Assembly: GCA_020434365.1 (NCBI GenBank)
Contig: JAGRAX010000001.1
Span: 8,568 to 72,567, forward strand
DNA from: Bdellovibrionales bacterium
GTDB taxonomy: Bacteria; Bdellovibrionota_G; JALEGL01; JAGRMV01
Direction: 5' to 3'
Length of the DNA: 64,000 nucleotides
The notes beneath the pieces are model-generated. The model searched no databases, was not told the DNA's origin, and was given only the letters and a program-made list of their open reading frames with translations. Positions 38,999 to 50,317 of the stretch are shown in pieces. Positions within the stretch are counted from its first letter, which is position 1. Each line of letters begins with the position of its first letter. The position numbers and the translations under genes are program-made.

Positions 38999-39123
38999 TA
39001 TTTCTTACCATGATCTATCCATCTAAAAAGGGGGACGTAGAAGATTCTACCGTCTCCTCTTTTACCTATGAAAAGGTTCCATTGTAGAGCCTCAGCTATG
39101 TTATACTTCTCACAACGATAATC

Positions 39124-40068
39124 ATGAACAAAAAATCCAATCACAATGATCCATCTGCGGAAATCAATGCCTTGGCAGAGCGATATCTGCAACGCGCCCA
39201 AAGAGGTCAAACGAAAGAAGTTGATGAAAGTTATACCATCAATTTTGATGGGGAAGCCAGTAAGAGTTCTACGCTCGCGTCTATTGATCTGCAATCGGGC
39301 AACCCTCGAAGTCGTTTGACCGCCTATATTCTTTCGTGGATTTTCCCTTATGCCGGAGCGATGTACGCTCGATTGACTCTTTTTGCTTTGTTTTTTTTCT
39401 TATGTTTGAATTTTTCTCTTTATTTGCTCTTTGCTTTGATCCATCCGCAGACTTTAGACAACATCAAAAACTCTTCTGCTTTATGGGGAGAGCTTTATTC
39501 GCAGCCTTGGATATTTTCTTTTCTTGTTGGGCTCATTTATTTTTTTTGGACTTTGGGTTTTGTCGCTGGACCCCTGGCCATTCATCGAAGAAAAAAGAAA
39601 GAAAAGGAAAGCACATTGAGAAAGGCATTATGGATGTGGCTTCCTGCCTTTCATGAATTTGGAAGATCAAAAATATACAAAGGCTCTCTTCTTCACCTGT
39701 CTCTATCTTGGTCTTTATTTTTTCCTGTGATAGCGTTGTTACCTTGGATTCCAACTTTTGATATTCAAGATGCGCACTACAGTCATTTTCTTTCTTGGGG
39801 TTTGACTCTATTCGGTAGCAGCATTTTGATCTGTCTCTCGAGTTTTCTCTACCGTTTTTATATTTTGTTTCGAAAAGATCGAGGTCTAGCTAGGCTCCCT
39901 GGAATTTTTGTGTACACTGTGGCCTTAGCTTTTCTTATATTGTTTTTTGTAGGATCTTCTACAAAGACCAATGAATCAAACAATCAAGTCCAATCTTTTT
40001 TGGAGCTTTTTTCCTCAAAAGGTCTACATCAAAGCGCTGACTACCTTGGAGATGTTTTAAAAAAGTAA
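39124..40068 (+). CDS. hypothetical polytopic membrane protein
   Basis: 314 aa with several hydrophobic helices. It is convergent with atpC. Confidence 0.4.
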   Translation: MNKKSNHNDPSAEINALAERYLQRAQRGQTKEVDESYTINFDGEASKSSTLASIDLQSGNPRSRLTAYILSWIFPYAGAMYARLTLFALFFFLCLNFSLYLLFALIHPQTLDNIKNSSALWGELYSQPWIFSFLVGLIYFFWTLGFVAGPLAIHRRKKKEKESTLRKALWMWLPAFHEFGRSKIYKGSLLHLSLSWSLFFPVIALLPWIPTFDIQDAHYSHFLSWGLTLFGSSILICLSSFLYRFYILFRKDRGLARLPGIFVYTVALAFLILFFVGSSTKTNESNNQVQSFLELFSSKGLHQSADYLGDVLKK

Positions 40069-40092
40069 GCGCCCGAAAAAAAAGATATCCGC

Positions 40093-40494
40093 TTAAGAAC
40101 TTAGAGCCTGCTTCTGCGCATCTAGCCACTCTCTCTGCGCAAAAAGATGTTCCCGATCTTCAATCGATATCTCTTCCGAAAGAAGTTTGGTTTCCAAGTC
40201 CTCTAGTTCTCGATCGAGTTCGTTTTTTTGAATCTGATCAGGAAACAAAGCCTGATCGGCAAAAATCATGACATTGTTTTCGCGCACTTCAAAAAAACCA
40301 TCTCGAAGTGCAAGATGCTTTTTTTGATCGCCCTGATCGATCACCACAACACCTGTGCCAAGCACCGCCACGAGCCCTGCATGCTCAGGCAAAATGCCTT
40401 CCTGACCTTTGGCCGTGGGAAGATATACATCCACACAGGTCGTATCAAGCACATGCTTGGAGGGCGTCACAATGGAAAGCTTGAGCTGACTCAT
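40093..40494 (-). CDS. atpC: F0F1 ATP synthase epsilon subunit
   Basis: 133 aa with an epsilon-like N-terminal beta-sandwich (..LSIVTP...EGILPEHAGLVAVL..). It lies immediately downstream of atpD. Confidence 0.9.
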   Translation of the reverse strand: MSQLKLSIVTPSKHVLDTTCVDVYLPTAKGQEGILPEHAGLVAVLGTGVVVIDQGDQKKHLALRDGFFEVRENNVMIFADQALFPDQIQKNELDRELEDLETKLLSEEISIEDREHLFAQREWLDAQKQALSS

Positions 40495-40496
40495 TC

Positions 40497-41933
<1,437 letters not shown>

Positions 41934-41946
41934 CTAGTTTTTCTAT

Positions 41947-42813
41947 TTATTGAATTGCCTCAGCCCCTGAAATGATTTCTACCAATTCATTGGTAATGGC
42001 AGCCTGTCTCACACGGTTCATATGCAAGGTCAAACTGTCGATCATCTCTCCTGCATTTCTTGTGGCGGCGTCCATCGCCGTCATTCTCGCGCCATATTCA
42101 CTGGCCAAGGAATGCAAGTTGGCTTGATAAAAACTTCCTTCTACTGCTTTGGGCAAAAGCAGTTGGATGATTTGCGCTTTTCCGGGTTCAAACAAGTAGT
42201 CTATTTCTTGTTCCAAATCATTTTCCGCGCCCTGACTTTCTTCTTTTTGAAGAGGAAGCAAAGTCAAAGATTTTGGTTTTTGTGTCATGACAGATTGAAA
42301 TTCGTTGTACAAAATTTCAATGCGGTCGACCTTTCCATCCAAAAAATCTTGCGTCAGGTTTTGACAAAGGTTTTTTGCTTTTTGATGATCAAAGTCTGTC
42401 CAGTAGTCTTCCACAATGTGATGGATTTTATCTTTTTGATTTCGAAAATAACTGATGGCTTTTTTTCCAATCAGAATCAAAGAAGTCTCATACTCTGTTT
42501 GAGACAATGCGCTCTCAACTTTACGAAACAAACTTGCATTGAAAGCGCCACAAAGTCCACGGTCCGAAGACAGCACCACAAGATAACGTTTGTTTCCTTG
42601 AGGCCTTTTTAATAGTGGATCCACACTGTCTTCCACAAAAGGAAGAAGTTTGGCTAGCAAGCTTCGCACTTTTTCTTGATAGGCTTTGCTCTGAGACACA
42701 GCTTCTTGACTTCGACGAAGGCGCGCGGCTGCGACCATTTTCATGGCGCGCGTAATCTTCTGCGTAGAATTTACGCTGCGGATTCGATTGCGAATTGCTC
42801 GAAGATTGGCCAT
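41947..42813 (-). CDS. atpG: F0F1 ATP synthase gamma subunit
   Basis: 288 aa, MANLRAIRNRIRSVNSTQKITRAMKMVAAARL.. and a C-terminus ..ITNELVEIISGAEAIQ. Confidence 0.9.
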   Translation of the reverse strand: MANLRAIRNRIRSVNSTQKITRAMKMVAAARLRRSQEAVSQSKAYQEKVRSLLAKLLPFVEDSVDPLLKRPQGNKRYLVVLSSDRGLCGAFNASLFRKVESALSQTEYETSLILIGKKAISYFRNQKDKIHHIVEDYWTDFDHQKAKNLCQNLTQDFLDGKVDRIEILYNEFQSVMTQKPKSLTLLPLQKEESQGAENDLEQEIDYLFEPGKAQIIQLLLPKAVEGSFYQANLHSLASEYGARMTAMDAATRNAGEMIDSLTLHMNRVRQAAITNELVEIISGAEAIQ

Positions 42814-42819
42814 GAAAAA

Positions 42820-44343
42820 TTACAATCCTTGTTTAACGGGGTTAAATTCTTTTTTAAGCTCTTCCAAGGCTTTGACCAGAGAAGCTTTGACCTCGTCATT
42901 GACTTCTCCTTTTTCTCGGATCATGCGAAGCACTTCTGGATGTTTTTCATCCATAAAACTCAAAAGTTCTTTTTCATACTGCGCGATCGCCCAGGTTTCG
43001 TACTCATCCAAGTATCCATTGATCGCCGCATAAACCACAACAACTTGTTTCTCTACTGGGTAGGGAACATATTGTCCTTGTTTGAGAACTTCGACCAATC
43101 TTTCACCTCGAGCCAATTGTTTTTGTGTGGCTGCATCGAGATCCGAACTAAACTGCGAAAAAGCAGCGAGTTCTCGAAACTGCGCAAGTTCCAATCGCAG
43201 GGTTCCTGCAACTTTTTTCATGGCTTTGATCTGCGCAGACCCACCCACGCGAGACACTGAAAGACCTACGTTGATCGCAGGGCGAACACCCGCAAAAAAT
43301 AAATCTGATTCCAAATAAATCTGACCATCTGTGATCGAAATCACGTTGGTAGGAATATAGGCCGAAACATCTCCCGCTTGCGTTTCAATAATGGGAAGCG
43401 CGGTCAACGATCCACCACCAAGCTCGTCATTGAGTTTGGCTGCGCGTTCGAGCAAACGAGAATGCACATAAAACACATCCCCCGGGTAGGCTTCCCGGCC
43501 GGGAGGACGACGAAGCAAAAGTGACAACTGACGATAAGCTACCGCATGCTTGGACAAATCATCATACACAATCAAAGCGTGCATTCCGTTGTCTCTAAAA
43601 TATTCACCAATGGCCACACCTGCATAGGGCGCAATGAACTGCATGGGCGCAGATTCAGAAGCGTTGGCTGCAACGACGGTGGTGTACTCCATCGCGCCGT
43701 GTTTTTCGAGTTTGTCTACAACCTGAGCAACGGTGGATTGTTTTTGTCCAATGGCTACATAGATACAGTAGACGTCCAAACCTTTTTGGTTGATGATGGT
43801 ATCGATGGCTACCGCTGTTTTTCCCGTTTGACGATCACCAATGATGAGTTCTCGCTGACCTCGACCAATGGGAACCATTGAATCAATGGCTTTGAGTCCT
43901 GTTTGCAAAGGTTCATGTACAGATTTTCTTGTGACAATTCCTGGGGCTTTGAGTTCCACACGTCTTTGCTCTGCTGCCTGAATCTCTCCCTTGCCATCAA
44001 TGGCTTGTCCGAGTGCATTGACAACGCGCCCTACAAGTTCCTTACCGACAGGAACCTGAGCGATCTCTCCGGTTCGCTCTACAATGTCACCTTCTTTGAT
44101 GAGCGTATCATTTCCAAACAGCGTTGCACCTACGTTGTTTTCTTCAAGGTTAAGTGCCATGCCATATACATCATGAGGAAACTTCAAAAGTTCTCCGGCC
44201 ATGACATTTTCTAAACCATAAATTCGAGCAATCCCATCCCCAACAGAAATGACTTTTCCCGTTTCGGAGACTTCCATGCGCGTGTCATAGTCTCGCACCT
44301 GCGTTTTGATCAGCTGTGATATTTCTTCGGCTCTTATGTTCAT
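42820..44343 (-). CDS. atpA: F0F1 ATP synthase alpha subunit
   Basis: 507 aa with P-loop GDRQTGKT and other hallmark alpha-subunit sequence. Confidence 0.95.
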   Translation of the reverse strand: MNIRAEEISQLIKTQVRDYDTRMEVSETGKVISVGDGIARIYGLENVMAGELLKFPHDVYGMALNLEENNVGATLFGNDTLIKEGDIVERTGEIAQVPVGKELVGRVVNALGQAIDGKGEIQAAEQRRVELKAPGIVTRKSVHEPLQTGLKAIDSMVPIGRGQRELIIGDRQTGKTAVAIDTIINQKGLDVYCIYVAIGQKQSTVAQVVDKLEKHGAMEYTTVVAANASESAPMQFIAPYAGVAIGEYFRDNGMHALIVYDDLSKHAVAYRQLSLLLRRPPGREAYPGDVFYVHSRLLERAAKLNDELGGGSLTALPIIETQAGDVSAYIPTNVISITDGQIYLESDLFFAGVRPAINVGLSVSRVGGSAQIKAMKKVAGTLRLELAQFRELAAFSQFSSDLDAATQKQLARGERLVEVLKQGQYVPYPVEKQVVVVYAAINGYLDEYETWAIAQYEKELLSFMDEKHPEVLRMIREKGEVNDEVKASLVKALEELKKEFNPVKQGL

Positions 44344-44372
44344 GATGTTTCCTTATTGTATCCTTACATTTT

Positions 44373-44915
44373 TTAACTTTGCTTACTCATTCGATCCAAA
44401 TATCCGAGAACAGAAGCATCAAACACAATGCCTCCAACCTGTGCTCGAACGCCCCCTATCAACTCTGGGCTTTCTTCGACCTGAAGGTTGATTTTTTTGC
44501 CCACAGCTTTTTCCAAAGCTTTTGTTATTTTATCTTGCTGCACTTGGCTCAAGGAAAAGGCTGTTTGCACAAAAGCTTTGGTTTGTGCGCGGAGCTCTGA
44601 AAGTTCTTTTTCAAAAGCCTGCGCCACTTCTTCCATCAAATAAAGGTGACCTAGCTGCGCCAAGCACTGCGTAAACCTTTGTATCGGGGCAGAGATTTTA
44701 TATGTCGTAAATATACTTTCGAGGACTTGGTTTTTTTCCTCAGCGTCGAATACAGGATTAGAAAAAAATCCCTTGATCTCACCTTGACTGAGAACGGAAA
44801 GCTGCTCAAGCTGCTGAGCGCTTTGATCATATGCTTTTTCATTGGCCTGTTCCTGAAGAACATCCAATAGAGCGTGCGCGTAGCGAGCTGCGAGCTGATC
44901 ACTTTTTTGTGCCAT
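44373..44915 (-). CDS. atpH: F0F1 ATP synthase delta (OSCP) subunit
   Basis: 180 aa (OSCP-like ..RYAHALLDV..). It sits between the b and alpha genes. Confidence 0.8.
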   Translation of the reverse strand: MAQKSDQLAARYAHALLDVLQEQANEKAYDQSAQQLEQLSVLSQGEIKGFFSNPVFDAEEKNQVLESIFTTYKISAPIQRFTQCLAQLGHLYLMEEVAQAFEKELSELRAQTKAFVQTAFSLSQVQQDKITKALEKAVGKKINLQVEESPELIGGVRAQVGGIVFDASVLGYLDRMSKQS

Positions 44916-45398
44916 TTAAATCTGCTCTCCTAACTGCGAAACAAACTGATCCACAAACTGATCGTGGTGTTTTGAACTCATTTGTTTTTTGAGCTCTAAC
45001 TTACTTTCTTCAAGAGCTTGGCCCATGAGTTTTTGTGCCAGCCTTTGCTGCGCAAGTTTTTGCTCTTTTTCAGCTTGGCGCTGCGCCGCCTCTACAATTT
45101 GATCTGCTTGTCTTTGCGCGCGTTGTAAAATTTTTTCTTTTTCAATTTGTCCGTCCTGTTGGGCCTTATGTAAGATATGCTCAACTTCTTGATCTAGAGC
45201 ATTGATTTTACGATCAATGTCTTTGAGCTTTTCTTCAGCTTGTTTTCGAAGTTTTTCACTCTCATCGATATTTTGTGCAATGTCTTCTTTACGCTGCGCC
45301 AAACTTTGAGCGACTGACTTTCTCATGAGAAAAAACAAGGCCAAAGCCAAAAGCACGAGATTTAAAAAAGGTGCAATCAATGACGACAATCCGTGCAT
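44916..45398 (-). CDS. atpF: F0F1 ATP synthase b subunit
   Basis: One N-terminal TM plus a long coiled coil. I placed the start at the internal ATG (MHGLSSLIAPF..), which gives a TAAtATG junction with the upstream b' gene; the track ORF extends to 45503. Confidence 0.75.
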   Translation of the reverse strand: MHGLSSLIAPFLNLVLLALALFFLMRKSVAQSLAQRKEDIAQNIDESEKLRKQAEEKLKDIDRKINALDQEVEHILHKAQQDGQIEKEKILQRAQRQADQIVEAAQRQAEKEQKLAQQRLAQKLMGQALEESKLELKKQMSSKHHDQFVDQFVSQLGEQI

Positions 45399-45399
45399 A

Positions 45400-45972
45400 T
45401 TATGAAGCCCTCGTTGCTTGAGTTTGGCTTTGCGCTCGAGGCCTTTGCTTCGCATCGACTTGTCCCAACACTTTTTCAACAATGCTTTGGGCAAGCTCAT
45501 CACGGTGAGAAGACAGCCCGCTTTGCGCGTCTTTTTCCTGTGAAGCGATTTTTTCTTTTTCTTTTTCTAGCCATTGGCTGGATTTTTCTCGGGTGGCTTC
45601 TAACGATTTTTTCTCTTCTTCTTCAGCTGCCAAAGCCAGCGCCTCACGAGTTTGCGTGGCCTTGATCTTGGCTTCTTCAATGCGCTGCTGATACATGTCC
45701 CATTTTTCCTGACTCAAGAGCTCGTCTTTTTCTGCGAGTTTTCTTTTTCCAAGGGTTTGAGCATCTCGCTCATCGGCTGTCCGTATATAAGGTTCAAATA
45801 CTGTCATCTGCAAAAGCAAAAGAAGTCCCAAAAACAACAAGCCTTGATACAAATATCCATGAGGAGCTTCGACTCCAATGGCTTTCCAAAATCCAACAAC
45901 AGGAAGCAAGAGCGCAAAGGCGGAGAAAACTCCAGCCAAAACAAAAATGTAGGTAAAGGAATGTTTTTTCAT
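45400..45972 (-). CDS. F0F1 ATP synthase b' (second b-type stator) subunit
   Basis: 190 aa with an N-terminal TM (IFVLAGVFSAFALLLPVVGFW) and a charged coiled coil. It lies directly upstream of atpF. Confidence 0.7.
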   Translation of the reverse strand: MKKHSFTYIFVLAGVFSAFALLLPVVGFWKAIGVEAPHGYLYQGLLFLGLLLLLQMTVFEPYIRTADERDAQTLGKRKLAEKDELLSQEKWDMYQQRIEEAKIKATQTREALALAAEEEEKKSLEATREKSSQWLEKEKEKIASQEKDAQSGLSSHRDELAQSIVEKVLGQVDAKQRPRAQSQTQATRAS

Positions 45973-45975
45973 CGC

Positions 45976-46461
45976 TTAGGCTTGAGGACTGATTCCGTTT
46001 TTGCTTTTGTCGGCTGTGGCCTTGACTGCAGCAAAGGGCGCATTTTTCTTTTGATGAGCAGACTTACTCATGCTGCACTTTCCATCAAACTGTACTCCAT
46101 CTTCGATAACAAGGGATGGGGTATCAATGTCTGCTTCTACAACTGCATTTTTGTGGAGTTCAACGCGGGTTTTTGCATGAATGTTTCCCTGAAAACTTCC
46201 CGAAATGGATACTGAACCCACATTGATGTCACCTTCGACTTTTCCGCTTTCGCCGATGACCATGTGTGATTCGGAATAAATTTGACCCTTAAATGTGCCG
46301 TCGATGCGAACCGTACCCTCAAAGGTGAGCTTGCCTTCGAACTCACTACCACGATCTAAAATCGCATTGAAGCCACCGACAGGGGTCGTTACTTTGTGAC
46401 CTGCTCCGTTGGTACTGAAACTCTCGCTCTGTGTACTTCGTTCATTTTTTAGGATTCCCAT
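45976..46461 (-). CDS. bactofilin (polymer-forming cytoskeletal protein, DUF583)
   Basis: 161 aa with the bactofilin beta-helical repeat pattern (..GKLTFEGTVRIDGTFKGQIYSESHMVIGESGKVEGDINVGSVSISGSFQGNIHAKTRVELHKNAVVEADIDTPSLVIEDGVQFDGK..). Only 3 nt separate it from the downstream b' gene. Confidence 0.85.
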   Translation of the reverse strand: MGILKNERSTQSESFSTNGAGHKVTTPVGGFNAILDRGSEFEGKLTFEGTVRIDGTFKGQIYSESHMVIGESGKVEGDINVGSVSISGSFQGNIHAKTRVELHKNAVVEADIDTPSLVIEDGVQFDGKCSMSKSAHQKKNAPFAAVKATADKSKNGISPQA

Positions 46462-46684
46462 GATTTTTTCTCCTCGAGCTACTTGGGCCGTATACAGACG
46501 GATTGACAGCCCACAAAGCCTACGCCGGAACTATAAAATTCGCTCTCAACTGTCAAGGAAAGAGTGGCTCAGGGGCGCTTTTGGCATGCTTTTGCTGCAA
46601 TGCTACCTAAAAATCTTACGCTGCCGATATGATATGAGTCTGACTCGTGACGTCGCTGCTTTTTTGATCTACACTTAAAGCCAC

Positions 46685-47623
46685 ATGCCAAAACCCACCC
46701 TTCTTTTTCTGCTTGTCATCGTATCTTGTTCCCGGCTATGGGCTCAGGAAAAATCTCATCCAGAGGACGCTTTTCCTTGGGTTGAGTTTCGGCAAAGGCC
46801 TTTTTCTATCCAAAAGCCGGAGCGTATTCGACATCAGGTTTGGCACAGCGCCTGGATCAAGGGCATTCATAGGAAGTTCATTCTACAAAACAAGACCCAA
46901 GATCCACCAACTGGACCTACGATCTGCGCGCCTGTGAAAGAGTTAGACCATGCGTATCTTTGCATCAGTGCGAGGCAGGAGGACCAAAATCGGCTCTTTT
47001 CTCGTATGTCGATTTTTTCAGAAGGCACCAAGGCTCTCGCTCCTGGAACCTGGGTGGAACTTTCAAACCCTTGGTATCAATACTATAGTTATATGGTCGG
47101 TGGTCACGATCTGAGACAGAGCGTTCTTCAGGATTTTTTCTCTCACAGCCAAGCAAGCAAGCGGCCTTTATCTCCAAGGGAAGATGCTTTTTATAGGGAG
47201 GTATTTCTTCCTCTGGAAAAGAAATATTTCGACCCCTCGCCACAAGCTGAAAACATAAAAGACTTTGGATCCATGCAAGCCTATTCGATCATTACAGCAT
47301 CTGTACAAAGTCATTTGGATTTTGAGGTGGTTGTAACGCATGAGTTTTTGCATGCGCAGTTTTATCTAGACTCTCAACTTCAAAAACTTTTGTTAGAATA
47401 TTGGAAACGTAAACTTACAGAAAAAGAAAGGGCGGACATCACCCTCGCTCTTTCGAAAGCTGGATATCACAAAGAGGATTTGTATGTTGTCATCAAAGAA
47501 TTTTATGCCTACCTTTTTCAGAAAGATGCGCAGCACTCACGCATGAAACCTTGGGTCAACACTCATCAAAAAAAAATTCGCCGAAGATTAAAAAAAGCAG
47601 GCATTCCCGCATACACATTTTAG
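46685..47623 (+). CDS. hypothetical secreted protein with an HExxH motif
   Basis: 312 aa with a signal peptide and a single HEFLH motif. No confident family assignment. Confidence 0.4.
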   Translation: MPKPTLLFLLVIVSCSRLWAQEKSHPEDAFPWVEFRQRPFSIQKPERIRHQVWHSAWIKGIHRKFILQNKTQDPPTGPTICAPVKELDHAYLCISARQEDQNRLFSRMSIFSEGTKALAPGTWVELSNPWYQYYSYMVGGHDLRQSVLQDFFSHSQASKRPLSPREDAFYREVFLPLEKKYFDPSPQAENIKDFGSMQAYSIITASVQSHLDFEVVVTHEFLHAQFYLDSQLQKLLLEYWKRKLTEKERADITLALSKAGYHKEDLYVVIKEFYAYLFQKDAQHSRMKPWVNTHQKKIRRRLKKAGIPAYTF

Positions 47624-47626
47624 TGT

Positions 47627-48544
47627 TTATAAAGATGAAAAGCCAAAAGACTCTAGCGCAGCTTTTGCAACTTGCTCGCCATGCTCTTGTACAAAATGCC
47701 CCGCCTGCGAAAGACATAGCGGAGGCGGGCAGTTGGCAATAACTTTGCTCATGGGTAGCATCACATCCGGTCCAAGAATGGGATCTTTCATCCCAATGGC
47801 CATAAAACTGTCTCCACTCCAAGAAGTCTTCCACCACGCAAGAGCTTGCTGCGAAAGTTTGGCAATTGGGTCGTCAGATGAGGTAGGTACAAGATCTGGA
47901 AAACGTCGTACTCCAGCGCAGTAACGTCCATTTGGAAAAGGCGCGCTATAGGCCGATGCTTCTTCTTGGCGTATTGAAGGTTCCCATTTTTGCATCAGCC
48001 TGTCCACGTGAAGAAAGTCATGCTTTCGATTGAAATCTCTCCACTGCAAAAAAGCCTCGTTGACCTTTCCGATTCCAAAACCCGTATTCATGATTAACAG
48101 TCTTGTGAAAAGACTTGGCATTTCCATGGGAAGCGTTAAGCCCAAAAGACCTCCCCAGTCCTGGCAAACCAAGGTGATATTTGTAAGCTCTAGTTTTTCG
48201 ATCAAGGCAATCAAAAGGTTGCGATGAAAGTTAAAGGTATACACTTCATCGTCAACAGGTTTGTCTGATTGTCCAAATCCGAAAAAATCTGGAGCCACAA
48301 CGCGAATCCCCTTTTGCACAAAAACAGGAATCATTTTTCGGTAGAGATAACTCCATGTCGGCTGGCCATGCAAACACAAAAAAATATCTTTGGAATCTTT
48401 TGGACCTTCATCGAGATAAGCAAGACTCAATCCCTCATAGCCAGGTACATTTTCGAGTCTGAGTGTAGAGAATGAATACCCTGGCAAAGCTTCGAAGTTT
48501 TCCTGCGGCGTCCGAAGAACTTGAGTTGATCGCATCAGACTCAA
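47627..48544 (-). CDS. haloalkane dehalogenase-like alpha/beta hydrolase (HLD-I / DhlA-like)
   Basis: 305 aa with long stretches resembling Xanthobacter DhlA as I recall it. ..FLCLHGQPTWSYLYRKMIPVF.. and ..APDFFGFGQSDKP.. are present, as is ..ITLVCQDWGGLLGLTLPM.. with the Asp nucleophile in QDWGG and catalytic His in ..AGHFVQEHGEQVA... Its ATG abuts the parB stop. Confidence 0.7.
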   Translation of the reverse strand: MSLMRSTQVLRTPQENFEALPGYSFSTLRLENVPGYEGLSLAYLDEGPKDSKDIFLCLHGQPTWSYLYRKMIPVFVQKGIRVVAPDFFGFGQSDKPVDDEVYTFNFHRNLLIALIEKLELTNITLVCQDWGGLLGLTLPMEMPSLFTRLLIMNTGFGIGKVNEAFLQWRDFNRKHDFLHVDRLMQKWEPSIRQEEASAYSAPFPNGRYCAGVRRFPDLVPTSSDDPIAKLSQQALAWWKTSWSGDSFMAIGMKDPILGPDVMLPMSKVIANCPPPLCLSQAGHFVQEHGEQVAKAALESFGFSSL

Positions 48545-49480
48545 CTAGTTTCGAAGTTTATCAAAAAAACCTTGCAGCTCCGATCGCGAAAAATAGCTGA
48601 TCGTGATCTCACCCTTTTCATGGGTTTTGGGTTTGATTTGTACTTTGGTTCCCAATTGTCTTTGTAAATTTTCTTGAAAGTTTCGAAGAAACACATCCAA
48701 ATCCGAAGTGCTTTGAGTTTTTTTACTCTTGCGGTTGGGGTTTGCAATTTCGTTTTTTACAAGATTTTCAATCTGCCTCACAGAGAGATCTTCTGCGATG
48801 CTTCTTTGGGCTAAGCGTGTTTGTTTGTTGGGATCTGAACTTGCAAGCAGCGCACGTGCATGCCCCATGCTCAATTGTTTTTCGCTTACAAGTTTTTGAA
48901 CAGAGTTGGGAAGTTTGAGCAAGCGAAGCATATTGGTCACCGTGCTTCGATTTTTTCCTGCTTTTTGTGCGAGTTCTTCATGACTCAAAGAAAACTCTTT
49001 TTGAAGGCGCTGATAGGCAAGAGCTTCTTCGATGGGATCCAAATCTTCCCGTTGTAAATTTTCAATGAGCGCGATTTCCAATTGTTCTTGGTCTGTGCTG
49101 GAACGAACAATGACGGGAACATTTGTAAGTCCGAGTTTTTTGCAAGCTCGAAGTCTTCGCTCACCCGCAATGAGTTCATAGTGAATGCCCACACGTCTGG
49201 CAACCAAAGGCTGAATGACTCCATGCTCTTTGATGGAGGCAACCAGATCTTCCAGGGCTTCATCCCGAAAATATTTTCGAGGTTGGCGTGGATTGACTTG
49301 GATGTCCTGAATTAAAACATCTCGAACAAGCGCGCTGGTTTCAAAATTTTTTTCTTCCGTAACACTATTTTTGCTCACTGTAGATGCGTTTGTAGAAACT
49401 GCACTTTGAGCCTTTTCATCAAAGGATTTTTTTTGAGGAATCAGTGAAGAGAGTCCTCTTCCGAGTCTTTTTTCTTTCAT
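48545..49480 (-). CDS. parB: chromosome partitioning protein ParB
   Basis: 311 aa with ParB box motifs (..GERRLRACKKLGL..) and an HTH. It is downstream of parA. Confidence 0.9.
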   Translation of the reverse strand: MKEKRLGRGLSSLIPQKKSFDEKAQSAVSTNASTVSKNSVTEEKNFETSALVRDVLIQDIQVNPRQPRKYFRDEALEDLVASIKEHGVIQPLVARRVGIHYELIAGERRLRACKKLGLTNVPVIVRSSTDQEQLEIALIENLQREDLDPIEEALAYQRLQKEFSLSHEELAQKAGKNRSTVTNMLRLLKLPNSVQKLVSEKQLSMGHARALLASSDPNKQTRLAQRSIAEDLSVRQIENLVKNEIANPNRKSKKTQSTSDLDVFLRNFQENLQRQLGTKVQIKPKTHEKGEITISYFSRSELQGFFDKLRN

Positions 49481-49483
49481 TGC

Positions 49484-50317
49484 TTACAGCCTTTCTATGT
49501 TTGCAGGTTCTGAGTTTGTTTGCAGTTCTTGCAGGGGCGCTTGTTGTTTTTGTTTTTGTCGGTCAAAAAACTCTTTGGCGAGAGCCAGATAGTTTTGCGC
49601 ACCACTACTGCGAATGTCATACATCAAAATAGGTTTTCCAAAACTCGGTGCTTCACTTACGCGTACATTTCTTGGAATTTTTGTTCGATACAAAATCCGT
49701 CCGAAATGATTTTTGACTTCGAGTTCTACCTGATGACAGAGAGAATTTCGTTTGTCGAACATGGTCAGAAGTATGCCTTCCAATCGAAGTTTGGCATTGA
49801 GGTTTTCTCGGACGAGATCAATGGTTTGAACCAACCGACTCAAACCCTCTAAGGCGTAATACTCCGCTTGCAGGGGAACAATCACTTGGTCTGCGCAGCT
49901 CAAGGCGTTGACTGTGAGTAGGCCCAATGATGGTGGGCAGTCAATAAGAATGTAGTCGTACTGCTCGCTCACCTGCTGCAAAAGTTTTTTGAGTTGGTAT
50001 TCCCTCTCGGGCAAATCTACAGCTTCGATTTCAAAACCAATCAAATCTGGTGTCGTAGGCATGACATCCAAAAAAGGTGTGTCCGTTTTTTTAATGATCT
50101 GCTCTGCACTGCTCTGTCCAATCAATCCGTCATATAGCAGATGCTCTTGACCTGCGGTCACACCTACGCCGCTGCTTGTATTGGCTTGTGGATCTAAATC
50201 AACCAAAAGAACTTTTTTTTCTTGAACCGCAATAGAGGCTCCCAGGTTGATGGTGGAGGTGGTTTTACCCACACCACCTTTTTGATTGGACATGGCGATG
50301 ATTGTAGCTTTGCTCAT
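49484..50317 (-). CDS. parA: chromosome partitioning ATPase ParA (Soj)
   Basis: 277 aa with a deviant Walker A KGGVGKTT. Its start overlaps the mnmG stop. Confidence 0.9.
   Translation of the reverse strand: MSKATIIAMSNQKGGVGKTTSTINLGASIAVQEKKVLLVDLDPQANTSSGVGVTAGQEHLLYDGLIGQSSAEQIIKKTDTPFLDVMPTTPDLIGFEIEAVDLPEREYQLKKLLQQVSEQYDYILIDCPPSLGLLTVNALSCADQVIVPLQAEYYALEGLSRLVQTIDLVRENLNAKLRLEGILLTMFDKRNSLCHQVELEVKNHFGRILYRTKIPRNVRVSEAPSFGKPILMYDIRSSGAQNYLALAKEFFDRQKQKQQAPLQELQTNSEPANIERL

Noticed and set aside
39030-39068. Possible terminator hairpin after the Fn3 lipoprotein gene (GGGGACG...CGTCTCC followed by TCTTTT).
   Set aside because: The stem has a mismatch and the T-run is short and interrupted, so this is too weak to call.
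42022-43318. Plus-strand ORFs of 196, 194, 96 and 78 aa.
   Set aside because: They are antisense to the ATP synthase gamma and alpha genes, and their low-complexity translations are shadow ORFs.
45652-46215. 187-aa plus-strand ORF.
   Set aside because: It is antisense across the b'/bactofilin junction, where both minus-strand genes have strong family signatures.
46588-46604. sigma-54-like TGGCATgcttTTGCT upstream of the 46685 gene.
   Set aside because: The GG-to-GC spacing is 9 nt, not the required 10 nt, so this is probably not a functional RpoN promoter.
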